A DNA stretch of 36,813 nt, taken from an uncultured Clostridia bacterium. Lineage in GTDB: Bacteria > Aerophobota > Aerophobia > Aerophobales > B3-G15. How positions within the stretch are numbered: position 1 is the first letter of the stretch; the number at the start of each line of letters is the position of its first letter. A program made the position numbers and the translations under genes. The stretch is taken from positions 1-36,813 of the forward strand of contig CAYZYX010000016.1 of assembly GCA_964482715.1 (NCBI GenBank), written 5' to 3'. Shown in pieces: positions 17,587 through 27,361 of the stretch. Below the pieces are notes generated by a model. That model was given only the letters and a program-made list of their open reading frames with translations, searched no databases and was not told the DNA's origin.

Positions 17587-18696
17587 TTATTTCTTTTTAC
17601 CCCATATGTAAACTACCGGTGTGGCTACAAAACTTGAAGAATAAGTACCTACTATTACACCTACAAGGAGGGTAAAGGTGAAGGCACGTAGAGGCTGCCC
17701 ACCCCAGAGGAAAAGAACAAGAACTACAATAAAAGTGGTCAGGGAAGTGATAACAGTTCTCGAAAGTGACTGGTTTATACTTAGATTCAGGATGCTTCTA
17801 ATCAGTGTTTTTCTTTTTCGGTGGGTTTTCATATTTTCTCTTATTCTATCGTAGATGACTATGGTGTCGTTTAATGAATAACCCACAATGGTTAAAAGTG
17901 CTGCTATAACAGGCAAAGTAAATTCGTAGCCTCCCAGAGAAAGTGCTCCCACACTGATGACTACATCGTGAATAAGCGCAATAACTGCTCCCACGGCAAA
18001 TCTAAATTCAAACCGCCAGGCAATGTAGATGAGCATCCCGATAAGGGCAAAAATAATTGCCAGAATTGCACTGCGCTGAAGCTCCTTGCTCACCTTAGGG
18101 CCGATAAGGTTTATACTTATTATCTCAAAGGGGTTTTTTTCACCAAACTGCTCTTTCATTGCCTGCTCAATCCGGGAAACCATCTGGCGAGAATTCACTT
18201 CCTGAATAATGGAGGTAAGAGTTTCCCTATCAACCTTGTTTAAATTTACTCTTCCCTCGGCCTGAGGTTCAACAGTAAAAATGGCAGCAAGATTCTCATA
18301 ACCTACTCCCTCAATAGCGGGGACATTTTTTAACTCCTCTACACTTTCAAATCCCCCCTTTTTCTCCCGATAATCTATAATACCGGTAGCAATATCTTCA
18401 GAGATTCTCTCCATGTGATACCTTACCAGCACAGTGTTTTCGCTTCGAGGACCGTATTGCTGAATAACGGCTCTTCCCAGTCCAACTTTTGCCAGGGCCT
18501 GCCTTATCTGGCTTATAGATGGAAAATTCTCAAATCGAGCATGAACTTCAATCCCTCCGGTAAAATCAAGACCCAACCCGGGTCCACCCTTTACGATGAG
18601 AGAAATAACCCCTGCGGCAATAGCTATTGCCGAGATGACGAAAGCTATTTTCCTTAATCCGATAAAATCAATTTTAGTCTCTCCAAAAAACTGCAT
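17587..18696 (-). CDS. secF: Protein translocase subunit SecF with an inserted HhH-like domain
   Basis: GLDFTGG, IGPKVSKEL, ALIHDV, GYSLNDTIVIYDRIREN, GTYSS. Extra ~70 aa in the periplasmic loop. Confidence 0.95.
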   Translation of the reverse strand: MQFFGETKIDFIGLRKIAFVISAIAIAAGVISLIVKGGPGLGLDFTGGIEVHARFENFPSISQIRQALAKVGLGRAVIQQYGPRSENTVLVRYHMERISEDIATGIIDYREKKGGFESVEELKNVPAIEGVGYENLAAIFTVEPQAEGRVNLNKVDRETLTSIIQEVNSRQMVSRIEQAMKEQFGEKNPFEIISINLIGPKVSKELQRSAILAIIFALIGMLIYIAWRFEFRFAVGAVIALIHDVVISVGALSLGGYEFTLPVIAALLTIVGYSLNDTIVIYDRIRENMKTHRKRKTLIRSILNLSINQSLSRTVITSLTTFIVVLVLFLWGGQPLRAFTFTLLVGVIVGTYSSSFVATPVVYIWGKKK

Positions 18697-18708
18697 CTTT
18701 TCCCCTTT

Positions 18709-20001
18709 TTATATGCTGAGTTTCTGAACAGGTTTTCCTGCAAGAATCAGATTAAATATACTCCTTGTTACCACCACTGCTGTGAAAAGACTTGCCAGTA
18801 TTCCTATGGAAAGAGTGGTGGCAAATCCCTTTATGGGACCACTTCCAAACTGAAAAAGAATAAGAGCGGTAATTAAAGTGGTAATGTTGGCATCAAGGAT
18901 CGTTCTTAGAGCTCTATCGTAACCTGTATCAACTGCTGAACGGGGGGCTCTTTCTTTTTTTAACTCTTCCCGGATTCTTTCAAATATAATCACGTTAGCA
19001 TCCACACTCATACCAATGGTGAGGATTATTCCAGCAATTCCGGGTAAGGTAAGAGTTGCTTTGAGAGCAGCCAGAGCAGCCATTAAAAAAAGTAAATTAA
19101 GAAATAAAGCTGCATCAGCAATGAGCCCTGCCTTTTTGTAATAAATCCCCATAAATATAAGAACAGCTATAAGTCCGATGAGTCCGGAGATTAAACCCTT
19201 CCTGATTGAATCTCTCCCCAGCGAAGGACCAATGGTTGTGTTCTGGATTATATTAAAAGGAACAGGCAGTGCACCACTTTTTAAGACAATTCTAAGTTCA
19301 TTAGCCTCTTCCATGGTTCCAATTCCTTCAATAACAGCTTTCCCACCCGTAATCCGGGTCTTTATAACGGGGGCCGATTTTACCACATTATCCAGAACTA
19401 TGGCAAGTCTTTCTCCCACGTGTTTTCCTGTAATATCGGCAAACTTTTCTGCGCCCTCACTGGTGAAATCAAGTGCAACATAAGGCCTTCCCCACTGGTC
19501 AATCTGGACTCGAGCGTCCTTTATGGCACCACCAGTCAGGAGAGCTTCTTTTTTAACCAGGTAGGGTTTTCCCTCCGAATTGTAAAGGATTTCATCATCA
19601 GAAGGGACCATACCCTTGAGAGCCTCTTCCAGGTCACCCTTTTCATCAACCAGCTTAAACTCAAGAAGGGCGGTTTTCCCAATAAGTGCAATGGCTCTTT
19701 GAGGATCCTCAATTCCTGGAAGATCTACCACAATTCTCTTTTCACCTTCCCTTACTATGGTGGGTTCTCTTACTCCAAACTGGTCAATACGATTGCGTAT
19801 AATTTCCAGAGCCACATCTACAGCATCTCTAACATTTTCCCCTGGAGGGAGTTTCTTTACATCGGCTTCCAGAACAAGATGCATCCCTCCCCTTAAATCA
19901 AGACCAAGGTTAATTTTTTCCCCGGGAGGATAAATTGCCCATATGGAGAGAGCAACCAGAGCAACAACAAAAAGAAGCACCCATTTACTGTATCCTCGCA
20001 T
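18709..20001 (-). CDS. secD: Protein translocase subunit SecD
   Basis: LGLDLRGG, RIDQFGV.EP, LAIVLD, IGPSLG, GMSVDANVIIFERIREE. Confidence 0.97.
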   Translation of the reverse strand: MRGYSKWVLLFVVALVALSIWAIYPPGEKINLGLDLRGGMHLVLEADVKKLPPGENVRDAVDVALEIIRNRIDQFGVREPTIVREGEKRIVVDLPGIEDPQRAIALIGKTALLEFKLVDEKGDLEEALKGMVPSDDEILYNSEGKPYLVKKEALLTGGAIKDARVQIDQWGRPYVALDFTSEGAEKFADITGKHVGERLAIVLDNVVKSAPVIKTRITGGKAVIEGIGTMEEANELRIVLKSGALPVPFNIIQNTTIGPSLGRDSIRKGLISGLIGLIAVLIFMGIYYKKAGLIADAALFLNLLFLMAALAALKATLTLPGIAGIILTIGMSVDANVIIFERIREELKKERAPRSAVDTGYDRALRTILDANITTLITALILFQFGSGPIKGFATTLSIGILASLFTAVVVTRSIFNLILAGKPVQKLSI

Positions 20002-20032
20002 TATTTTTTCTCCTGTTTAGAGGCTGGTAAAT

Positions 20033-21025
20033 CTACCAATAATAGCTCATACTCATAGCCTCTTTTGCCTCTTTAATGGTTAAGGAGGCAAAAGAGGAAG
20101 CTTTTTCCCTTCCCTCATCAAGGATCTCGTTTATCAGGTTAATTTCTTCTTCAATTTGTTTTCTTTTCTCCCTGAAGGGAGCAAGAAAATTTATCAGAGC
20201 TTCTGCCAGTTCAGCTTTACAGGTAGTGCAACCTAACTTCCCTTCCCTGCACTCTAAAGCTATCCGCTTTAAATTTTCTCCCTGATCCACACCGAAAAGC
20301 TGATGATAGCTATAAACATTACACTGCTCTGGATGACCTGGATCCCCCCTGTAAATCTTGGTAGGATCGGTAAACATAGACATAACCTTTTTCTTTATAA
20401 TCTCCGGTGGGTCAGAGAGAGCAATGTAGTTATTGTAGGACTTTCCCATCTTTTTCTTTCCATCAATTCCCAGAATACGGGGACTATGGGAAAGGATAGG
20501 TTCTGGCTCGGGAAAAACCTTCCCGTAAAGGTTGTTAAACCTGCGGGCAATTTCACGTGTAAATTCCAGATGGGGAAGCTGGTCCTCTCCAACAGGAACT
20601 TTTTCCGCCTTGTAAATGAGAATATCAGCTGCCTGAAGAACAGGGTAACCCAGAAGCCCGTAGTTGGTGGGAGCTCCAGCATCTATCTTTTCCTTGTATG
20701 TTGGACAACGCTCCAGCCAGGAAATGGGAGTAATCATGGAAAGGAGAAGATGAAGTTCGGCATGTTGATGAACCTGAGACTGAAGAAAGAGAACTGATTT
20801 TTCAGGATCAAGTCCTGCGGCAAGCCAGTCAATGAGAACATCCTTAACATCTTCCCGCATCTTATCGGTATCGCTTCGGTCAGTGAGGGCATGCCAGTCA
20901 GCTATCATGAAAAAACAATCATACTCATCCTGGAGTTTTACCCAGTTAACCAGAGCTCCAAGGTAATTGCCCAGATGGAGCTTACCCGAAGGTCTCATTC
21001 CCGATAGTATTCTCTTTTTCTGCAT
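20033..21025 (-). CDS. trpS: Tryptophan--tRNA ligase
   Basis: SG.LHLGN (HIGH), YPVLQAADIL, VPVGEDQ, KMGKS. Confidence 0.97.
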   Translation of the reverse strand: MQKKRILSGMRPSGKLHLGNYLGALVNWVKLQDEYDCFFMIADWHALTDRSDTDKMREDVKDVLIDWLAAGLDPEKSVLFLQSQVHQHAELHLLLSMITPISWLERCPTYKEKIDAGAPTNYGLLGYPVLQAADILIYKAEKVPVGEDQLPHLEFTREIARRFNNLYGKVFPEPEPILSHSPRILGIDGKKKMGKSYNNYIALSDPPEIIKKKVMSMFTDPTKIYRGDPGHPEQCNVYSYHQLFGVDQGENLKRIALECREGKLGCTTCKAELAEALINFLAPFREKRKQIEEEINLINEILDEGREKASSFASLTIKEAKEAMSMSYYW

Positions 21026-21044
21026 AACTTAACAATCAAAATCC

Positions 21045-21122
21045 TGGTCGGGGCGACCGGATTCGAACCGGTGACCTCTTGCGCCCCATGCAAGTGCGCT
21101 AACCAGGCTGCGCCACGCCCCG
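21045..21122 (-). tRNA. tRNA-Pro(GGG)
   Basis: CGGGGCG acceptor stem, anticodon arm CTTGC-ATGGGGC-GCAAG, GTTCGAATC T-loop, encoded CCA. Confidence 0.96.
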
Positions 21123-21132
21123 ACCTGACTTC

Positions 21133-21501
21133 TTAACCAAGAATATCTATGATGTTTCTTATTTCTTCTTTTATCCGGGAAAGCCCGGGGATATCCCCTT
21201 CTTCCCGGCTTTTTTCCTCCTCGAATTGCTTTCTGACTCCTTCTATGGTATATCCCCTATCGTATAAAAGCTCCTTTATTTTTAAAATAAGTTCTATATC
21301 CTTTTTCTGGTACCTTCTATGACCTCCTCTGCTTTTCTGAGGTCTGAGAAAGGGAAACTTATCCTCCCAGAAACGTAAAACATAAGCAGGAAGATTGGTT
21401 ATTTCACTTACCTCTCCAATGGAAAAATACAGCTTTTCGGGAATAGCTTCCCTTTCCTGGTTCAAAATAACTCTCCTTCTAAGAGGTGGGGATATTCCCA
21501 C
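21133..21501 (-). CDS. MerR-family transcriptional regulator (IHF/HU-linked type)
   Basis: IPEKLYFSIGEVS......YVLRFWE..F..L.P.K..GGHRRY; conserved HU/IHF-MerR-tRNA-Pro synteny. Confidence 0.92.
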   Translation of the reverse strand: MGISPPLRRRVILNQEREAIPEKLYFSIGEVSEITNLPAYVLRFWEDKFPFLRPQKSRGGHRRYQKKDIELILKIKELLYDRGYTIEGVRKQFEEEKSREEGDIPGLSRIKEEIRNIIDILG

Positions 21502-21522
21502 CTCTTAGAAAAAGCTCAGTTT

Positions 21523-21795
21523 TTACTTAACCGCCTCCCTGAGGTCCTTTCCTGGATCAAATTTTGGGACTTCCTTAGCTGGTATCTGCAGCTCCTCTCC
21601 TGTTTGAGGATTTCTACCTCTTCTTGACTTACGGGTTATTACCTTAAAACTGCCAAACCCCACCAGTGTGACTTTTTCCCTCTTGGCGAGAGCATCGGTG
21701 ATAGTAGATATTACTGCATCCACAGTTTCCCGGCAAACCTTTTTACTTAACCCGGTTTGTCTTGCAACCTCGTCAACCAGTTCAGCCTTGTTCAT
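21523..21795 (-). CDS. hup: HU family DNA-binding protein
   Basis: MNKAELV..., VTLVGFGSF, GRNPQTGE...IPA...PKF.PGK.L. Confidence 0.96.
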   Translation of the reverse strand: MNKAELVDEVARQTGLSKKVCRETVDAVISTITDALAKREKVTLVGFGSFKVITRKSRRGRNPQTGEELQIPAKEVPKFDPGKDLREAVK

Positions 21796-21824
21796 CCTTG
21801 CCTCCTTTATGGATTTGTATTTTA

Positions 21825-22463
21825 CTATAATGAATTATTAAACCTTGACAAGTCCCCGATTTTCATGCCCAATTTGTTTTCTTTGCCAGATAAAAGCCTC
21901 TTCAGATTTGACCTGTGACGTAAAATAACAATTGCAGCTACCACCATCCCCAAAACAATGTATAAAAAACTCTGTTTACCCATGAGCACCCAGATGTAAA
22001 AGGGTAAAAGAGCAGCTGAAGTCATGGAACCAACTGATACATAACGGGTTAAGGCCACCACCAAAACCATGGTTAAAACACAGAAAAAAAGAGGCAGGGG
22101 AGTAAGGAGAAGAAAGACACCAGCTGAGGTAGCCACTCCTTTGCCACCCCTGAACTTTAAAAAAATCGGCCAGTTATGACCACTTATACAGGCAATACCA
22201 GCTAAGGCTTTAACCAGAGGGGGATTAATCTTAGCGGGCAATAACCCGGCTATGAAAATGGCTGCCATACCTTTTCCCAGATCTATCAAGAGCACAAGTA
22301 GAGCTTCTTTTTTCCCGAGAACCCTCAACACGTTGGTCATACCAATATTTCCACTGCCATACTTTCTAACGTCCACCCCTCTTAAACCTTTACCGACGAT
22401 CCATCCTCCGGGTATGGATCCAAGCAGGTAACCGACTATGACCGCTAAAAAAAGATAAAGCAT
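21825..22463 (-). CDS. plsY: Glycerol-3-phosphate acyltransferase PlsY
   Basis: YLLGSIP, GSGNIG.TN..R, GHNWP.FL.FRGGKGVAT, RH..N..RL..G.E. Confidence 0.96.
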   Translation of the reverse strand: MLYLFLAVIVGYLLGSIPGGWIVGKGLRGVDVRKYGSGNIGMTNVLRVLGKKEALLVLLIDLGKGMAAIFIAGLLPAKINPPLVKALAGIACISGHNWPIFLKFRGGKGVATSAGVFLLLTPLPLFFCVLTMVLVVALTRYVSVGSMTSAALLPFYIWVLMGKQSFLYIVLGMVVAAIVILRHRSNLKRLLSGKENKLGMKIGDLSRFNNSL

Positions 22464-24062
22464 TTACTTGGAAAACCCCTGCCTTAGCTTTTCCCTTATC
22501 TCCTCTTTTATGAAATCTCCGATAACCACCCCAACGTCTTCTTCATCAGAGGTTACCGGAGGGGCCTCATCCTCTTTTTCTTCTCTTTTCCCTTTTTGTT
22601 CTTTTTCCTTCAATTTTTTCACACTTAGCCTCACTCTTCTCTTCTCAGGGTCTATCTCCACAATCTCCGCGGTTATATTTTCTCCCACCGAGGTTACTTT
22701 TTCTGGATGATGGACATACTCGCTATCAAGCTCTGATACATGAATGAGTCCATCTATCCCGGGTGTAAGGTTAACAAAAACACCAAAGTTGGTTATCTCC
22801 TGAACTTTCCCGGAGACCACATCCCCCACTTTGTGTTTTTCCAGAAGTTTTTGCCAGGGATCAGGTTGAGTCTGTTTCAACCCCAGAGCCATCCTTTTTT
22901 CCTTTGCGTTTATATCCAGTATTTTCACCTTAACCTTCTGACCCACATAAACTACCTCTTTTGGATGAGATATACGCTTATCCCAGGATAAATCAGATAT
23001 ATGAATCAGCCCCTCAAGACCTTCTTCCAGCTCCACAAAAGCACCAAAGTTTGTTAGATGAGTAACCTTCCCGGTCACTATTGAACCAACCTGGTATTTT
23101 TGCTCCACGACACTCCAGGGGTCCGGTCGTGTCTGCTTTAACCCCAGAGAGATCTTTCCTTTGTCCCGGTCCAGTTTTAAAACTTTAACCTCAATTTCCT
23201 GGTTTATATCTACCACATCTCTTGGATTTTTCACCCATCCCCAGGAAAGGTTCTCGGGATGAATCAATCCGTCAATTCCTCCCAGATCAACAAATACACC
23301 AAATTTGGTTATGGAGTTAACCCTTCCTTTAACTATCTTGCCTTCCTCCAGGCTGGCTAAGGTTTTTTCTTTTCTTTTCTCCTTCTCTTCCAGTTCCAGA
23401 AATTTACGTGAAACAACTATGTTTTTGGATTTTTTATCAAGTTCAATTACTCTCACTTCTAAAGTCTCACCCAGATATTTTTTCAAGTCAATATTTCTCT
23501 TTAGACTTACATGGGAGGCGGGGATAAAACAGTTTAAACATCCTAAGGTGGCCAGAAGACCACCTTTTACTACTTTACTTACTTTAACTTTTATGGGTTT
23601 ACCCTCATCAAAGGCCTCAGCAAATTTGGCCCAGTCCAGGCGAAAATCAGCTTCTTTTTTAGAAAGAAAAAGACGTCCACTTTCGCTCTTGCGCATGACG
23701 TAAACGTTCATACTTTCCCCTACCCGGGGAGAATCACTTGAGGGAGAACCGTATTCATCCCAGGGCATAAAGGCTTCTGACTTCATCCCCACATCAAGCA
23801 ATATGCCGTCTCTTCCAACTTCAACAACTTTGGCTTTTATTATATCTCCCTCTTTTGGTGGAACAGGATTTTCGTATTTTTTCACCAGATGAGCAAAAAG
23901 TTCTTTTTCCTTTTTTTCATGGGTTTCTTCACTGGAAATTTCGCCTTTTACAGGCTCTTTAACTTCATTTTTGGTTTCTTTCTCTCTCCCTCCTTGTTTT
24001 GATCTTATTATGTTTTCGGTTGCTTTATCAAGCATTCTATCTTCTTTAGACTTCTCAGGCAC
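22464..24062 (-). CDS. rpsA: 30S ribosomal protein S1 (five S1 domains recognisable)
   Basis: Repeated FG.FV.L..G.DGLIH.S.LSW units with LG/LSLKQ..PDPW linkers; follows cmk-plsC-ispH. Confidence 0.95.
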   Translation of the reverse strand: MPEKSKEDRMLDKATENIIRSKQGGREKETKNEVKEPVKGEISSEETHEKKEKELFAHLVKKYENPVPPKEGDIIKAKVVEVGRDGILLDVGMKSEAFMPWDEYGSPSSDSPRVGESMNVYVMRKSESGRLFLSKKEADFRLDWAKFAEAFDEGKPIKVKVSKVVKGGLLATLGCLNCFIPASHVSLKRNIDLKKYLGETLEVRVIELDKKSKNIVVSRKFLELEEKEKRKEKTLASLEEGKIVKGRVNSITKFGVFVDLGGIDGLIHPENLSWGWVKNPRDVVDINQEIEVKVLKLDRDKGKISLGLKQTRPDPWSVVEQKYQVGSIVTGKVTHLTNFGAFVELEEGLEGLIHISDLSWDKRISHPKEVVYVGQKVKVKILDINAKEKRMALGLKQTQPDPWQKLLEKHKVGDVVSGKVQEITNFGVFVNLTPGIDGLIHVSELDSEYVHHPEKVTSVGENITAEIVEIDPEKRRVRLSVKKLKEKEQKGKREEKEDEAPPVTSDEEDVGVVIGDFIKEEIREKLRQGFSK

Positions 24063-24088
24063 TTCTACCCCCCTCCCTTAATTTAAAT

Positions 24089-24925
24089 TTAGGTTAATTC
24101 AATTATTGACTTTGCCACTTCTTTTACGGTCTCTTCCGGAGTTGACGTTCCTCCGGTTACCCCGACAGATTTTAATTTCTTAATTTCCTGGTAATTTAAA
24201 TCTTCCTTTTTCTCCACAAAAAAGGTTTTTACACCTTTTTCCTGGCAGATTTTAACAAGCTTCCGGGTATTAGAACTATTACGTCCACCCACCACAACCA
24301 TTGCCTCCACTTTTTCAGCCAGTTCTCTGGTCTCCTCCTGCCTTTCTCTTACCACCCTACAGAGAGTATTAAAAACCCTGACTTCCAATCTACCTTTTAA
24401 TAGATTGTTCACGATATTTTTAAAATTGTCAAGGGATTCAGTCGTTTGAGATAAAACTGCAATTTTTTTCAAAGAAGGTAGTTTCTTTACCTCTTCCGGG
24501 CAGCTGACAACATAAATATTAGCTTTAATATTGGCAATCAGCGAATCTATCTCAGGATGTTCTCTGGAACCCACTATTACAAGAGGATAAGACATTTCAG
24601 CCAGCCGTCGGGCAATTTTCTGAAGTCTAATCACATAAGGACAGGTGGTTTCAACTATTTTGATTTTTCTCTTTGCTGCTTCTTCTAAAACACTGTGCGG
24701 GGTTCCGTGAGCCCGGGTAAAAACCACCCCCCCTTTAACCTCCGAAAGATCGCTGATAACCTTAAGTCCTTTTCTCACCAGATTTTCCATAACCTCTGGA
24801 TTGTGAATAAGATCTCCCAGACAGTAAATTTTCTCTTTTCCCTCTTTTAATTTTTCCTCTACCCTGGAGATAGCTCTTTTTACTCCGAAGCAAAAACCAA
24901 CCTTATCTGGAAGAAAAACTCTCAT
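24089..24925 (-). CDS. ispH: 4-hydroxy-3-methylbut-2-enyl diphosphate reductase
   Basis: GFCFGVKRA, LIHNP, RAHG, TCPYV, HPE, QTT, NTLC, GGRNSSNT, G.STP. Confidence 0.96.
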   Translation of the reverse strand: MRVFLPDKVGFCFGVKRAISRVEEKLKEGKEKIYCLGDLIHNPEVMENLVRKGLKVISDLSEVKGGVVFTRAHGTPHSVLEEAAKRKIKIVETTCPYVIRLQKIARRLAEMSYPLVIVGSREHPEIDSLIANIKANIYVVSCPEEVKKLPSLKKIAVLSQTTESLDNFKNIVNNLLKGRLEVRVFNTLCRVVRERQEETRELAEKVEAMVVVGGRNSSNTRKLVKICQEKGVKTFFVEKKEDLNYQEIKKLKSVGVTGGTSTPEETVKEVAKSIIELT

Positions 24926-25551
24926 TCATTGGCACCCAGGGATATCATCTCGTCCTTCAACTGCTTTAAAGCCTTTTTAAATGCCTTTTCTCTTTCCTCT
25001 GGAGATGAAACGGGCAGGAAAGGTTTCCCCACCCTAAGCTTTATTTTTCCCCATCCGGGGATCTTTTTGCCCGGGGGGAGAACTTTCTCTGTTCCCTGAA
25101 TTACCACGGGTACCACAGGAACCCGGCAATGATGGGCTATCCTTATCGGTCCTTCTTTGAGCCTGCCTAATTTTCCTGAACGACTGCGAGTTCCCTCAGG
25201 AAAAAGAGCCAGAATCCTCCCTTCCTTTAAAATCTGAAGAGCTTTTTTAAAAGCAAGTTTATTCAGCCTTTCCCTTTTAACTGGAAAAGCCCCCAGGTTT
25301 CTTATCAGAAATCCAAAACCGGGATGACGGAAAAGTTCTTCTTTGGCCATAAAGTTCATTCTCCGGCGAACAAGTAAAGCAAGAACCACAGGGTCAAGGT
25401 AACTTCGATGATTGGCAGTGATAATCATTGCTCCCTTCCGGGGGATGCGTTCTTTACCCTCTATCTTCAACCCAAATAAAAACTTAAAGAGCAAAAGACC
25501 TGTAAACCAGAGAAGACTATACCACCAGGGGGTCTCCTTGATCTTGGTCAA
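24922..25551 (-). CDS. plsC: 1-acyl-sn-glycerol-3-phosphate acyltransferase
   Basis: NHRSYLDP, FMAKEELF, FPEGTRS. Confidence 0.93.
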   Translation of the reverse strand: MTKIKETPWWYSLLWFTGLLLFKFLFGLKIEGKERIPRKGAMIITANHRSYLDPVVLALLVRRRMNFMAKEELFRHPGFGFLIRNLGAFPVKRERLNKLAFKKALQILKEGRILALFPEGTRSRSGKLGRLKEGPIRIAHHCRVPVVPVVIQGTEKVLPPGKKIPGWGKIKLRVGKPFLPVSSPEEREKAFKKALKQLKDEMISLGANE

Positions 25552-26266
25552 CTTGTATCCTTGATTTTACTATTTTTAGGAGTTCACGTAAAGTGGAAAA
25601 AATATCAAGCCGGGTGTTATCTATAAGATAGGCATCCGGGGCCTTCTTCAATGGTGAAGTTTTCCTTTCGCTGTCCATTCTGTCCCTCATGTAAAGTTCC
25701 TCCTTAACCTTTTCCAGATCGCAGGAGATACCTTTTTCCCTGAGTTCCTTCCATCTTCTTTTTGCTCTCTCTTCCAGAGAGGCTACCAGAAATATCTTTA
25801 CATCTGCTTCTGGAAAAACTACTGTCCCCATATCTCTTCCTTCAGCCACAACCGAAGTCTTTCTGGCTATTTCTCTTTGCTTTTCAACCAGAGCTTTCCT
25901 TACTACTGGAATACTGGAAACCTGAGAAACCCACCGGTTAACCTGTGGAGTTCTGATGAGAGAAGAGATCTCCTTCCCGTCAACCCACACCCTGGTTCCC
26001 GGATGATCTCTGCAGGCTGCCAGCCTTATATCCAGGGTGGAAGCAACCTGAGAGATAGAACTCTCATCCTCAGGATTGACCCCTTGTTCCAGAACTTTCC
26101 AGGTGAGAGCCCGATACATGGCTCCAGTATCAAGATAGGTGAACCCGAGCTTTTTTGCAAGAAGATAAGCCGCTGTGCTTTTTCCAGAAGCTGCAGGTCC
26201 ATCTATGGCTATTACAAAATACCTCTTAGTGGATGAGAGATTGTAATTCCCGGATGAACGTTTCAT
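25517..26266 (-). CDS. cmk: Cytidylate kinase
   Basis: IAIDGPAASGKST, LDTGAMYRA, EGRDMGTVVFP.A..K.FL.AS. Confidence 0.96.
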   Translation of the reverse strand: MKRSSGNYNLSSTKRYFVIAIDGPAASGKSTAAYLLAKKLGFTYLDTGAMYRALTWKVLEQGVNPEDESSISQVASTLDIRLAACRDHPGTRVWVDGKEISSLIRTPQVNRWVSQVSSIPVVRKALVEKQREIARKTSVVAEGRDMGTVVFPEADVKIFLVASLEERAKRRWKELREKGISCDLEKVKEELYMRDRMDSERKTSPLKKAPDAYLIDNTRLDIFSTLRELLKIVKSRIQVDQDQGDPLVV

Positions 26267-27347
26267 TTTCTTCTCGGGTGCCTATGGTTAGTCTTATATG
26301 ATGAGGAAGATTGTATGGTTTCATTCCTCTTACTATAATACCTTTTTTAAGAAGAGCAAGGATAATTTCGGGAGTTCTCTCTCCCGTTTCAATCAGAATA
26401 AAATTTGCCTGAGTTGGAACAAAGGGGATTTTAAGCCGGTGGAGACTGTCATATAAAAAATTTTTTTCTTCCCTTATCAGCTTCTGGCTTTTTTCCAGAT
26501 GCTCCTTATCTTTCAAGGCAGCACGGGCGGCTACTTGAGCCAGAGAGTTGACATTGAAGGGGGGACGCACTTTATTAAGAAGAGAGATGATACTTTCTCT
26601 GGCAACTGCGTATCCTATCCGAAGTCCAGCAAGTCCGTAAATTTTGGAAAAAGTGCGTAAAACAACAATATTTTTCCCCTCCTTAATCAGAGAAATAGTC
26701 TCCGGATAAGAAGGGTCATCAACATACTCATGATAGGCTTCATCGGAAACCACAAGAACATGGGGAGGAATTTCCTCCATTAACTTTTGCAGTGCCTCTG
26801 CGGAAGTAATGGTACCTGTTGGATTGTTGGGATTGCTTATAAAGATAAGCCTGGTTCTCGATGTTATAGCTTTCAGAATAGCGGATGTGTCCATTTTAAA
26901 ACATTTCAGAGGAACACAGATCAATTTGCCCCGAGCAAGCTGGGTATCAATTTTATACATCAGAAAGGAGGGGTCACCCATGATTGCTTCGTCTCCGGGT
27001 TGAATGAAAATTCTGGTTAAAAGAGAAACAATTTCGTCCGATCCGTTTCCCGGTATTATGTTTTCCGGAGCAACCTGCAGATAGCTGGCTAAATCTCTTT
27101 TTAGATACCAGGCTCCTCCGTCGGGATAAAGGTGTATCCGGGAAAGACTCTCTTTGATAGCCTGTACAGCTTTCGGAGAGGGTCCCAGGGCATTTTCATT
27201 GGAGGCAAGTTTTATAACCCTGGAAAGTCCCAGTTCCCTTTTCACCTCCTCTATGGGTTTGCCCGGAACATAGGGGGTTATCTCCAGAATATTCTTTGGA
27301 ACCAGCCTGTATAGAGGATCCTCCTTAAATTCTTCTTTTCCTTTCAT
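26226..27347 (-). CDS. hisC: Histidinol-phosphate aminotransferase
   Basis: YVPGKP, KLASNEN, GNGSDE, NPNNPTG, DEAY, RTFSKIYGLAGLRIGY. Confidence 0.95.
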   Translation of the reverse strand: MKGKEEFKEDPLYRLVPKNILEITPYVPGKPIEEVKRELGLSRVIKLASNENALGPSPKAVQAIKESLSRIHLYPDGGAWYLKRDLASYLQVAPENIIPGNGSDEIVSLLTRIFIQPGDEAIMGDPSFLMYKIDTQLARGKLICVPLKCFKMDTSAILKAITSRTRLIFISNPNNPTGTITSAEALQKLMEEIPPHVLVVSDEAYHEYVDDPSYPETISLIKEGKNIVVLRTFSKIYGLAGLRIGYAVARESIISLLNKVRPPFNVNSLAQVAARAALKDKEHLEKSQKLIREEKNFLYDSLHRLKIPFVPTQANFILIETGERTPEIILALLKKGIIVRGMKPYNLPHHIRLTIGTREENETFIRELQSLIH

Positions 27348-27361
27348 TTCGCTTCCCGAAA

